The notes beneath the pieces were generated by a model, which worked only from the letters and a program-made list of their open reading frames with translations, did not search any database and was not told the DNA's origin. The position numbers and the translations under genes were made by a program. From Bdellovibrionales bacterium (GTDB lineage Bacteria > Bdellovibrionota > Bdellovibrionia > Bdellovibrionales > JAMPXM01), in assembly GCA_043739185.1 (NCBI GenBank), contig JAYUEN010000398.1, forward strand, positions 27,280-91,279: a DNA stretch of 64,000 nt. Direction: 5' to 3'. This document shows positions 41,001 to 48,729 of the stretch, in pieces (the first letter of the stretch is position 1; every line of letters starts with the position of its first letter).

Positions 41001-41366
41001 ATTTTAAACGCCTATCAAAATATGAATTATCCGTATGAAAAATTAATTGCAAGTGCAGGGCCCCTGTTTGATACTTACTTTAATTTGGAGCCCACCTCTG
41101 ATCTGCCAGAATTTGATCAGGCGAGCCTCATTATTCATCCATTTCCAATTGCGGCAAGTGAATATAAACTCATGTTGAATATCACTGATTTCGAACACTA
41201 CTATCATTGTGAATTCGATTTTCAAAATGCAAAATTAAGCGATGACGAAATTCTAGAAATGATTGATGATTTAAAGGCGCAAATCAAAGCGGTCGTCACT
41301 GCGAAATCTGTGGCGGGGCCCAAGCAGAATACGCTGAGCGCAAGTGAAGAAGATTTGACGCCTTAA
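35085..41366 (+). CDS. Hybrid type I PKS: ACP-KS-AT-ACP-aminotransferase-condensation domain
   Basis: ACP1 GIESL; KS DTACSSS, EAHGT, NIGHLE; AT GQGAQ, GHSLG, GFHS; ACP2 GADSL; class III PLP aminotransferase DEVITGFR, YGKILGGG; C domain HHLVFDG. Confidence 0.95.
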   Translation: MSDLRDSKTSSVDELIELITSEIATVTGIPASKISIDQGFMEMGIESLQAVAIIENLSLKLHENLNVELLFDHPNIQKLAIHLELESNLKERKIIAERSISPGADELLKSEKEIFENTDISIVGMSCRFPKANGLLEFYDLLLNGRSGIDSMTKDRLKLHAEHRQKEMGFVEAIENFASDAFSISSHEANLMDPQQRMLLEECNRALEDAGYTPKDLQGSHTGVFIGVSNSDYAFEISKSSRVDIFTSLGNAHSIVANRISYFYDLKGPSLAVDTACSSSLVALHMAVQSLARNEIEMAIVGGVNSLLSSEITNAFWEAGMLSPDSRCFTFSKEANGYVRGEGVGVIVLRRSKDMVGNSFRSYAKIKATAINQDGKSSGLTAPNGSAQESALREALLKANLNPEEISYHEAHGTATALGDPIELLALERIHKLRLKDQPLLIGSVKTNIGHLESAAGIASVIKVALGLYYKKIFKNLNFSEINPQIKNRIASLEPVLLRQDWSSRHGERLYASLSSFGFGGTNACAILAEADMPFPQTKTDIVDSLDLKTENKGHIVFAWSANSQAAVRNGMKNLLNQVKYKSWDEAAIYAQASIAKRRFFKDQILVNVSSKKQLQDLSALFQDSSIDLSNIENIREFKKQKLGSKRIAFLFTGQGAQYSQMYYTLYEDDILFKSLVDEALQEAQIYYPKNLYQVWTDARLVSDLDQTDYSQILLFALALSFAKYLKIKFNVEPEYSFGHSLGEITAAAFAGAFDLKTSIQMVACRARLMWQTQAGAMTAVFEAKTQIESILIKYAIELDISAINGPRFIVLSGPENEIIKLETGCDKERIKYVRLKPKQGFHSRLMDPILQEYQSALNDLSFEALKSPIVSSLTGDLLPEGFHYKPEYWLEQMRRPTQFDKALATMQDLKVTHFIEIGPEPQLIGMAKLTGKNKPANWVHFFDKQLLRKSFVEASFFLFENDLTADADFFKKSQINIASFLPKTILSGTAHWHSFEDEMKHKTRQHTDAIKSKDALTPAFNRKENQMEFLNPNEALQELEVQKELVQIVASVMRVSIQDISLDESLVDIGADSLVLMNAVQTIKETYEVSIPISEVFKDLNNLRKIANFIVNESPVIQSRNPVEESLSSSLPQFESSNLTPEVVKLFQNQIAIMNRQLEVLGLNASAQKLNVPNQQILPPEKLEIANLGKEKRGVLGNFKNFANLEAETESDRMKNRFLNRVIAEFNAKTPKTKTHVQKYRKQLADNRVSAGFRPNTKEMIYPIHCLKAKGSKFIDLDGNEFTDFSMGFGVNLFGHSPDFIEAALLEQMKNGMCLGPQSFLAGDVASQLSELTGLERVAFVNSGTEAVMTAVRLARAGTKRSKIVIFDGSYHGHFDGILARPSRSLKSHPVAAGISESLLEDVIVLEYGSARSLEIIEEMGENLAGVLVEPVQSRFPEFQPQAFLQKLREITKRNGTAFIWDEVITGFRIHPGGAQAHFEIQADIATYGKILGGGMPIGAVAGSAKYLDFIDGGHWQFGDQSYPSHEMTFFAGTFSKHPLAMAAANAVLLKLKQEGKELIESLNEKTTQLCRELNSYFKEQYLAIELNNYGSLFRFKAALNLDLFFTLLNSRGFYVWEGRNLFLSTAHSAEDIQNFKQAVVDITGELLSEGILVPQKPALVKPLSLSLPQARFANLSANLEFGNSASLICVSAKVKGFLDIEKLKLALQILQDSHDLFNLRVNINDKLQEFSSLASPVDFEFLNYRSEKSPWKILDQELNMLAQTNFDLTKSPGILVRLFEVAVDTHVLAVITHHLVFDGWTMTLYFEELARIYNSLLLGTTPAKNQQLSYEQFLNQSSMNRVDEKLLSAKSYWENEFAEILGNQAENSVAIEKSLKGQRIVFDLELKLYKALKLWAREHKMTAFMFLFGCFAKALMTRLHKNEIVIGIPVANRDYPGSEKMFGNCVNLLPVKIQNSEPNVEAYFAYVKSKILNAYQNMNYPYEKLIASAGPLFDTYFNLEPTSDLPEFDQASLIIHPFPIAASEYKLMLNITDFEHYYHCEFDFQNAKLSDDEILEMIDDLKAQIKAVVTAKSVAGPKQNTLSASEEDLTP

Positions 41367-41528
41367 GGGCCCGTCCAAAAATAACTACTCTTTCTTTGCT
41401 TGGTCTTTTTCGAAAAGTCTTCGTTGGTCGTCGTCCGATTAAGCCCCTGGCTAGTCGTTCCTCCTCCCGCCTCGACTTTTCGAAAAATCCACGGCGCAAA
41501 GAAAGGGCATTTATTTTTAGACGGGCCC
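41367..41528. mobile_element. Palindromic MITE-like element, 162 bp
   Basis: Imperfect TIRs gggcccgtccaaaaataa / ttatttttagacgggccc, nested IRs (ctttctttgc, tttttcgaaaagtc), TAA on both flanks. Confidence 0.8.
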
Positions 41529-41536
41529 TAACGCAA

Positions 41537-42580
41537 CTATTTGCGACAATCTAAAATATGATTGTCGAAGACGCTGCCTATCAAAATATGATTTGGGTCG
41601 ATTGCAAGGGCGACACTTGCGGCCGATATTTCTTCGCCACTATTTTCATAGATGACTTTTTGAATAGGCTTTTCTCCCTGCCAATTTTCGATTGAAATAA
41701 TTTTGGAGGGCGCAATCTTTCGACGCTGCTCTGACATTTTTCTCAATCTTAAAAGATTTGGATGAACTGCGACCAAAGCATGATTGTCACGGACGGTGAT
41801 ATTGTCGGGTGCGCCCTCTAAAGATAAAGTGTTTTTTCTTCGAATTTCAGAATTGAATCTTTCATATATCAGTACTTTTTTTGAAAGCATGGCGGCAGCT
41901 ATCAAATATCTTTGATCGGATGAAACGGCAATTCCATTAGCGAAAAAAATGTGCTCGTCGACCTTTGATGCGATTTTTTCATTTTGAAAAAAGCTGATAT
42001 AGCCACTTGCTATATAGGTATAGGGTTCAATCATCTTTCGTAACGGGTCCGGGCTGCCAAAGTCGCTGGTGATATAAAAGCTTTCGGTTGAGACCAAGGC
42101 AAGATCGTTTGCGGACTGTAAGAGAGGGTGTTCAATGCTTTTAATATATTTGAGTTCATTGGTACTTTGCCAATTGAAAACCTCAAGCGTGGTGTGATGT
42201 TTATCGCGATGATTGATTGCATAAACTAAGATTTGATCCTCAGTTTTAAAGAGATCAATGCCATGCGGATGAAAGTTAAAACTTAATTTGAGCTTTTTGA
42301 TCAAAGGAAAAGCTTGGCGTGTTTTCAGATCATATTGAAAAAGGTCACCTTGAGCCAAATCGCCTCTAAGGTCAGAACTAATCAGCACATGGTCTTCCCC
42401 TGGGATTTGAACCATGTCTTCAGGGCCTTCTATGATTGAGCTTGATTTGCAATCGCCAAATTTAATGTCGCTAATTTCCCTAAAGTATCCGGCATCTGCG
42501 ACGAGGTAGAGAATGTATCCGCTGAGAAACATTAATAAAAGTACGAGAGCCTTAAGCATTTTTACCCTGCTTAAGCTCAA
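41537..42580 (-). CDS. Paraoxonase/arylesterase-like six-bladed beta-propeller (SMP-30/strictosidine synthase superfamily)
   Basis: N-terminal anchor; GPEDM, FHPHGID, ANDL, FANGIAVS and PDNI motifs; N- and C-terminal Cys. Confidence 0.82.
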   Translation of the reverse strand: MSLSRVKMLKALVLLLMFLSGYILYLVADAGYFREISDIKFGDCKSSSIIEGPEDMVQIPGEDHVLISSDLRGDLAQGDLFQYDLKTRQAFPLIKKLKLSFNFHPHGIDLFKTEDQILVYAINHRDKHHTTLEVFNWQSTNELKYIKSIEHPLLQSANDLALVSTESFYITSDFGSPDPLRKMIEPYTYIASGYISFFQNEKIASKVDEHIFFANGIAVSSDQRYLIAAAMLSKKVLIYERFNSEIRRKNTLSLEGAPDNITVRDNHALVAVHPNLLRLRKMSEQRRKIAPSKIISIENWQGEKPIQKVIYENSGEEISAASVALAIDPNHILIGSVFDNHILDCRK

Positions 42581-44264
42581 AGGATTTTACGACCGCTGCT
42601 CGTTTAACCTTTTGGCTACTGGTGAGTTCGAGACTCGCTTCTTGAAATTTGAATTCATTTGGCCGTTTGAAAGCTGAAAGACTTTCGCAGAGTGATTTTA
42701 GATCTGCAGTAATTTGGTTTTTCAATTGTGGATTTTTGTAAGCCTCTTGAAAGCGCTCTTGAAGATTGATGATTGCGATGATTTTATCGCCTGCAGCTTG
42801 GGCCGTAATGCTAAAAACACAGACATTTTTAACATAAGGGGAGGTCACTAAAATTTCTTCGACTTCTTCGGGTTGGAGTTTTTTGCCGCTTGATAAAACA
42901 ATCATACTCTTTATTCGGCCCACGACGTAAAGGTATCCATCTGAATCGATGACACCCAAGTCTCCAGTTTTAAACCACCCATCTGCGGTTTTGAGTTCAT
43001 TTGTTAACGCTGAATTTTTAAAATAGGATTCGAAGACATGAGGTCCCTTTGTCCAAATTTCGCCACTTTCTTCATTCTGTTCAGCACTTGAATCTTTCAC
43101 TATTTTCAATTCGACACCAGGTAGGGCTTTTCCGGTTGAGCCATTTCGCGAGGCATTTGGAGTATTGAGACTGATGACCGGCCCCGTTTCAGTTAAGCCA
43201 TAACCATTGTATACAGGCCAGCCAAATGCTTGAAAGAAGTCCGCGGTTTCTTTACTTAAATTAGCTCCACCAGAAATGAAGAACTCAATTGTTTCGCCTA
43301 AGCCAGCCCGAACCTTTTTGAAAAAAAGTATTGCTATTAACTCTGATTTGAGACGTTTGTTGAGAAACAATACGGCCGAAAATAATAATTTTTGAAATTT
43401 CGGCAAAGCTTCGACTTTGGCTAATATTCCATTTCGGATTAACGTAAGGATCAGTGGCACAACAATGAGGCGGCTTACTCTTCTTTCTTTAATAAGTAGA
43501 CTAATACTTTGCGGTGATAAATTTTGCGTGAGACAAACCTCTTGGCCCATCCAAAGAATAGGAAACATTGAGCCCGACAAGCCATAGATGTGATTGAGTG
43601 GCAATATTGAAAGAGCTGCACTGCGACCCGCTTTAATAGGGAAGGCTTGTTTGATCGCATGAATTTGAAAAAATATTGATGAGAAGGAGATATGAACTGC
43701 TTTTTGGTTTCCTGAAGTTCCAGAAGTATAGACAATCAATCGAGATGATTTGTGCGCGTCTGGGTCTTCATTTTGAGAAGCTGAAATCGATTGAACTAAG
43801 ACACGTGGATAATTAGAAATTTGAGAGAATCTAATAATAGATGTCTGCAAACGCTTCACCGGCTTCAGACTATTGGCAAATTGAAATAGGTCGTCTGAAA
43901 CAAATAAATGTGTGGCCTCAAAGTGTTCAAGTAGTTCGGAGGTTTCTAATTGACTGAGTTTAATGTCCAAGATGCAAACGCAGGCACCTTTTAAAAGGCT
44001 AGCAAAGAAATTCTTGAGTAAATCAAGAGAAGTGGGACCTAGAAAGGCGACCCTTGAACTCGCATTAATTCCGGGAATACTTTGCCGACGAAAAAAATCT
44101 TGAATTGAAGTTAAAAAGTCATTTCCGGTAATACTATTTATACTTGGGGCTTGGGTTGAGTCGGTAGGTGAGTTCTCTAAAATACTGAGTATATTTTCTG
44201 AGCCTGCTTGCCGGCAGACATTCTCAAGAAATTCTTTGATGGATTCGGGTGCATGTTCGAGCAT
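42552..44264 (-). CDS. Long-chain fatty-acid--CoA/ACP ligase (AMP-binding enzyme)
   Basis: YTSGTSGNQK, GYGLTETGP, GWFKTGDLG and GRIKSMIVLSSGK motifs. Confidence 0.92.
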   Translation of the reverse strand: MLEHAPESIKEFLENVCRQAGSENILSILENSPTDSTQAPSINSITGNDFLTSIQDFFRRQSIPGINASSRVAFLGPTSLDLLKNFFASLLKGACVCILDIKLSQLETSELLEHFEATHLFVSDDLFQFANSLKPVKRLQTSIIRFSQISNYPRVLVQSISASQNEDPDAHKSSRLIVYTSGTSGNQKAVHISFSSIFFQIHAIKQAFPIKAGRSAALSILPLNHIYGLSGSMFPILWMGQEVCLTQNLSPQSISLLIKERRVSRLIVVPLILTLIRNGILAKVEALPKFQKLLFSAVLFLNKRLKSELIAILFFKKVRAGLGETIEFFISGGANLSKETADFFQAFGWPVYNGYGLTETGPVISLNTPNASRNGSTGKALPGVELKIVKDSSAEQNEESGEIWTKGPHVFESYFKNSALTNELKTADGWFKTGDLGVIDSDGYLYVVGRIKSMIVLSSGKKLQPEEVEEILVTSPYVKNVCVFSITAQAAGDKIIAIINLQERFQEAYKNPQLKNQITADLKSLCESLSAFKRPNEFKFQEASLELTSSQKVKRAAVVKSFELKQGKNA

Positions 44265-44430
44265 AAATAATTGTATATCAATTGTATTTTGAAGAGCTAC
44301 TAAGATAGCTTTGGACTTTTTTTACACAACCAACACCTAGTCGAGATTGAATTCGATAGTACTGAACTCCAAATCATTGATTGGGGTTTTTTCTGCTGGC
44401 CGATGGTTTGGGTGTATGCCTTTATTTGCT

Positions 44431-44560
44431 GACACACTGAACCCCGAGACCGAAACAAGTAAGACACTTGATTGTCGCTGCTGCCGTCACTGATTTGAAG
44501 CCAAGAGTTGAAGCAGGACCCTTTAAAAAAGTGACAGAGCCAGTACAGCGACTAACTTTT
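44431..44560 (+). repeat. Degenerate dispersed repeat, copy D
   Basis: gacacactgaa, ccgagac, cgctgctgccgt, actgattt, caagagttgaa and gacagagcc blocks shared with copies B/C. Confidence 0.7.
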
Positions 44561-44615
44561 GGTCAGTGGTGCCAATCCAAAAGATTGGTATTGGTTGTGC
44601 ATATATATTCCTCGA

Positions 44616-46367
44616 ATGAAGAAGCTATTTATATTCAAACTCATCTTTGTCCTATGTCTTGCGACCATTTGGTCGAGCAATAGCTTCTCTGCTGATGCCT
44701 GCCCGGCACTTTTCTTCAAATCACCATTTCAAACGAAGAGTACTTTCGATTCAAAAGGTCGGATCAAGATTCATTTGGCCCCGGGAGCTCTCGAGAGATT
44801 GAGCGGCGGCATCTTAAAAAATTTAATTGAGAAATTATCTGTTAAGGGAGCACTGAGCGGAGAATTTTCACCACAGACCCTCAACAAAGAAGTGGTCATG
44901 GGAGACTCTAGACTTCTCAAGCTGCTTGATGCAGAGTTCATGAGACCATTGGCGAAAATATTTCATTCAACTGAGCTGAAGGATTTGCTAGGTCAATTTG
45001 ATCCACGAATAAAGTTGGGAAAGAGCGAGTTTCGAATTGCGATTAGTGATTTAAGCCTTTCGCCAGCGGATGATTTAGTTGAAAGGCTCGGACTATTAAA
45101 AGATTTTAATCACGGAAGCATAGTCAATGTTGAGATTCAGCTTGAATCCTTAGACGCTCATGCAAGTGAGTCACACTTTGATATCGTACGTGATAAAGTC
45201 GGTCGAATAGGTTTTAAAGATCTTCGGGTTCAATCACGAGGCGCGATCTCGCTTAGTATTCCCGTATTCTTGGGTGTACATAAGAGCGGATTACCTGACT
45301 TTCAAATTCTAGCGGTCGATGGATTGGATCCAGAACAGTTAAGTGTGCAAGTGAAAAACTTGTTGCTTCCGAAAATTCAAATAAAAATTGATGGAGAAAC
45401 GATTGAGGTTTCGCCGCCACCACAAGCTCTAGAAAACCTACAGACCAGTATCATTGATGCGGTCACAAATCCTGCGGTTGTTGCGCAAGTGAATGCGCAA
45501 ATTGTTGATTTTTTAAATCATATCGTTGCCAAACTAATACAATCAAAATTTACTGCTGAGCGCGGGATCAGGCTTGCTCTTGAAATTGATCCAGAGATGT
45601 TCCCGGCAAAAAATTCATCACGCAAGAAATCTGAACCAATCGTCATGAGCGTAAACCTATTGCCCCTGTCTATTTCTTCTGATCATGCAAGTTTAGCTGT
45701 GGGAATTGATATGCAGACGGATGCGAAAACCGACAAAAAAGTTGTCGCGGTTCAAGAGCTTGGGGAGTGTCCTTTTGCGTGCACGCAATATGACGTCGCG
45801 GTCGCATTGAATCGTGATCTGTTGCAGGATATATTCAATCAAGCATACAAAAAGAATCTTATTAAAAATATTGCCACTCCACAGGGAGGCATTTTAGTTT
45901 TAGAGTCACCGCAAATCGAGTATGCGAGTTCAAAGGCTAACGACAAAAAATCGGCATTTATCAAGCTTAAGCTTAAACTCAAGCCTGAAAATATGCCATC
46001 ATTGTCAGGAGCTTTATTAAAAGGCGACTTCTCGCTATCAGTAAATGTATTGGTTCAGATTTCGCCCGAGAAGTCGGGAAAGGCAGTGAAATTTGAAGTC
46101 ATCGAAGTCAGCGCAGATAAACTCGCTATCGATGAAACTAGTCTCAGAACAGGTGCTCGGCTTTTCGCAGCCTTCGTACCTAAGACTTTAAAAATGGGAA
46201 TGCAAGATGTCGCATTGGGAATTTTAAACCAAAGCCTGATGAGTGGTGACAAGAGTGCGATGCGATTTGCAATTCCCTCTGAAATTGCCGAGTTGATGGG
46301 GCCGCTAAAGGTCGTAGGCCTTAACTTTGACGAAAACCAAAATCTTTATTTATTGCTAAAGCAATAG
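44616..46367 (+). CDS. Secreted hypothetical protein, possibly BPI/LBP (TULIP)-like
   Basis: Signal peptide, then ACPALF; long strand-helix architecture. Confidence 0.65.
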   Translation: MKKLFIFKLIFVLCLATIWSSNSFSADACPALFFKSPFQTKSTFDSKGRIKIHLAPGALERLSGGILKNLIEKLSVKGALSGEFSPQTLNKEVVMGDSRLLKLLDAEFMRPLAKIFHSTELKDLLGQFDPRIKLGKSEFRIAISDLSLSPADDLVERLGLLKDFNHGSIVNVEIQLESLDAHASESHFDIVRDKVGRIGFKDLRVQSRGAISLSIPVFLGVHKSGLPDFQILAVDGLDPEQLSVQVKNLLLPKIQIKIDGETIEVSPPPQALENLQTSIIDAVTNPAVVAQVNAQIVDFLNHIVAKLIQSKFTAERGIRLALEIDPEMFPAKNSSRKKSEPIVMSVNLLPLSISSDHASLAVGIDMQTDAKTDKKVVAVQELGECPFACTQYDVAVALNRDLLQDIFNQAYKKNLIKNIATPQGGILVLESPQIEYASSKANDKKSAFIKLKLKLKPENMPSLSGALLKGDFSLSVNVLVQISPEKSGKAVKFEVIEVSADKLAIDETSLRTGARLFAAFVPKTLKMGMQDVALGILNQSLMSGDKSAMRFAIPSEIAELMGPLKVVGLNFDENQNLYLLLKQ

Positions 46368-46526
46368 GCCGCTCTGATTGCGAATTCGACAGACTCGAGT
46401 CGGGCTCCAGGCTATTGGCCTAGTTCAAACGCCAAATGTAAAAGTTTAAAAACGGCGACTCTAGCTCTTTAAATTGGCTGCCGATAAATCTCAAATGGGC
46501 TGCGAATCGAGAGTGAGGATGTTCAA

Positions 46527-47903
46527 TTGTTATTTTTTAAGAAATATTTAGAGCGCGATAAAGAGTCTTGTCTTATCGAGCGCTATTTTCTGACGATTGC
46601 AATTTTGATACTTGCTACACTCAATGTCTTTGCTGAAGATTGCCAAAAGACACCCGATCAGATTCTTGCAGAAATGCAAAGCATAGCAAATTCTACATCT
46701 AGAAAATGGCAGACGACCAATGGCTTTTATGATCGCGAATTTATCTTAGATAAGGAGAGCGCAGACTACGCAAAATTGAAAAATTCTTGCGCCCGAAAAA
46801 TATCAGACTCAAAACTTGCAAAATGTTTTGAAAATATGGACAGATTTATTGATCAGCTTGAAAAAGTAAAATCACCTCATCACGCAAACGGCTTTTTATT
46901 AAATGATCAAGAATATAAAGGGAGTCGAAGTAAAGCAAACTTTGAATTGCCCAAAGAGCTAATGAATGGGATTCCTGCAAATTACCAAGAAATTGCAAAA
47001 GCAAACAACTGGATATTTTATGAGTATTCTTCAAGTTTGGTTGTGGGTGCAGGTGATTCTAAAAGGCGCTTGCTTTTTGTAGTAGAAGAAGCGCCGCTAG
47101 CGAAATGGATTCAATTTACACTTCCGGATCAGTGGCCTCAAAATATTGGACAAGAAAAAATGGTTGATATCATAAGTATCGACTCTTCAAGGAGTAAAGC
47201 GGCCCCACTTGTTTCGTATATTGAATATTCAAAAGAAGAGAGTGCAAATTGGGAGAGTGTCAATTCTAAATGTCTAAAATGTCACGCAAACGGTCTGCGT
47301 CCGCTTCGGCCGGCAAGGGGTTCTGAGGGGGCGCATAATACGAGTTACTACGAATTGAATGCTAAAATTTCAAAATATTCTGGGAAATATGATATTCGAC
47401 CTCTGCTCCATAACGAGGATTTCGGGCCCGCATTTGGAGCTAGCCAAAAATGTACAAGTTGCCATTCGAATTCATTAATTTTGAAGACCAATTATGGGCA
47501 AATTCATGGGGGCTACTCAAAAGATGCGCTTTATAGCAAAATGGTAAGAGAACTACAAATGCCGCCAGGTGTTTTGGCTCGTTCACAATACAGTGATTTG
47601 TCAAAGGCCCTTTCTCAGTTTTCAGATCTGAAGGCGGATGAAAAGAAAGGATTTCGCCAAATCAAATCTTTGTCCGCGCCAGAGGTATTGCAATTTATGA
47701 TAGACAATAAAAAAATTAGTACTGCGTTGTATGAAAAGGCAAAAGATCAGCTCGATCAAGCAACTGCCGAGGCAAAAGCAAACTATGAAATGCTGATCGA
47801 AAACTACAAAATAGAATTAAGTGAATGGTTAAGCGGATCAGATAACAAGCAATGCAAAATTAAAGGCCAGGTTCATGCGAAGCCAAATAGGGCCTCTCAT
47901 TAG
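46527..47903 (+). CDS. Secreted diheme cytochrome c-like protein (start uncertain)
   Basis: Two CxxCH motifs (CLKCH, CTSCH), distal MPP, hydrophobic leader; GCCGATAA at 46480-46487. Confidence 0.7.
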   Translation: MLFFKKYLERDKESCLIERYFLTIAILILATLNVFAEDCQKTPDQILAEMQSIANSTSRKWQTTNGFYDREFILDKESADYAKLKNSCARKISDSKLAKCFENMDRFIDQLEKVKSPHHANGFLLNDQEYKGSRSKANFELPKELMNGIPANYQEIAKANNWIFYEYSSSLVVGAGDSKRRLLFVVEEAPLAKWIQFTLPDQWPQNIGQEKMVDIISIDSSRSKAAPLVSYIEYSKEESANWESVNSKCLKCHANGLRPLRPARGSEGAHNTSYYELNAKISKYSGKYDIRPLLHNEDFGPAFGASQKCTSCHSNSLILKTNYGQIHGGYSKDALYSKMVRELQMPPGVLARSQYSDLSKALSQFSDLKADEKKGFRQIKSLSAPEVLQFMIDNKKISTALYEKAKDQLDQATAEAKANYEMLIENYKIELSEWLSGSDNKQCKIKGQVHAKPNRASH

Positions 47904-48031
47904 AGTGATGCCAGGGTCAGTCTATTTTCGCGTTAAAAAAGCTTGAATTAAAACTTCATATTCTTCTTGGCACTTGCTCGCAGTGTCGGTATGCTTCAGA
48001 CCAGATTTAAACATTTTCTGTAGGGAGCTAT

Positions 48032-48436
48032 ATGAAAAATTTATTATTATTTGTAGTCATTTCTTTTCTTTTTGTTTTGCCAAAAGCTTATGCTGGTTTA
48101 GGTTCAACTTCAGGATCTACTTCAGGCAGTTGTTCAAATTCAATTTCACAACTAGGATATTTTTATGCATATACATATCAATACGCCTATATATACAATG
48201 GGATTTTGGGATCTGAAAGTCACAGTTTTAGCTTCTCAGGTTTTCTCGCGGATATGAAGGACGCTAAGATTGTTGGAGCTAACGAAAAGTATGTTGTTTA
48301 TCGCTCACAACATGGGCGAGCACTTGACCTAGCGGTTCCCTTTCAGAGCGGCGCCGGTTTATTTGTGAAGTATGTTGAGAGCACTGATTTTCCTGGTGAA
48401 GGCAAATCTGCCTGGACAAAACTGTGTAGCTATTGA
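48032..48436 (+). CDS. Small secreted hypothetical protein
   Basis: Signal peptide ending AYA, GS-rich linker, GGGAG RBS. Confidence 0.7.
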   Translation: MKNLLLFVVISFLFVLPKAYAGLGSTSGSTSGSCSNSISQLGYFYAYTYQYAYIYNGILGSESHSFSFSGFLADMKDAKIVGANEKYVVYRSQHGRALDLAVPFQSGAGLFVKYVESTDFPGEGKSAWTKLCSY

Positions 48437-48627
48437 TTTAAAGGTGAATCAACTCAAATCTCAAATTGAAATGCATACAATATAATGAAATGAACAAGAC
48501 TATGCATTTTCTAAAATTGACCTGAGATTACCAATATATAATTCAACTGGTTATTCCGAATTTCAAAATAGAATTGCGATTATTCTCAAATTGAATCAAT
48601 CAAAGTCATTCAGAGCCCATTAATTCT

Positions 48628-48729
48628 TGGCATCCTCTTTGCAAATTTCTTAGTTGTTCAAAGATTGATTTTTAAAGAGGGGATTCAATGAAGTCATTTA
48701 TTTTGTTTAGTGCCTTTAGCATCGTGTAG
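48628..48729 (+). pseudogene. Sigma54 motif and RBS followed by a truncated signal-peptide ORF (gene remnant)
   Basis: TGGCAT-CCTCT-TTGCA at 48628-48643; GAGGGG; ATG at 48688 gives MKSFILFSAFSIV*. Confidence 0.45.

Noticed and set aside
41296..41499. 67-aa Arg-rich minus-strand ORF
   Set aside because: Artefact of the palindromic element.
47968..47982. Sigma54-like TGGCAC motif before 48032
   Set aside because: GG-GC spacing is 9 rather than the required 10.
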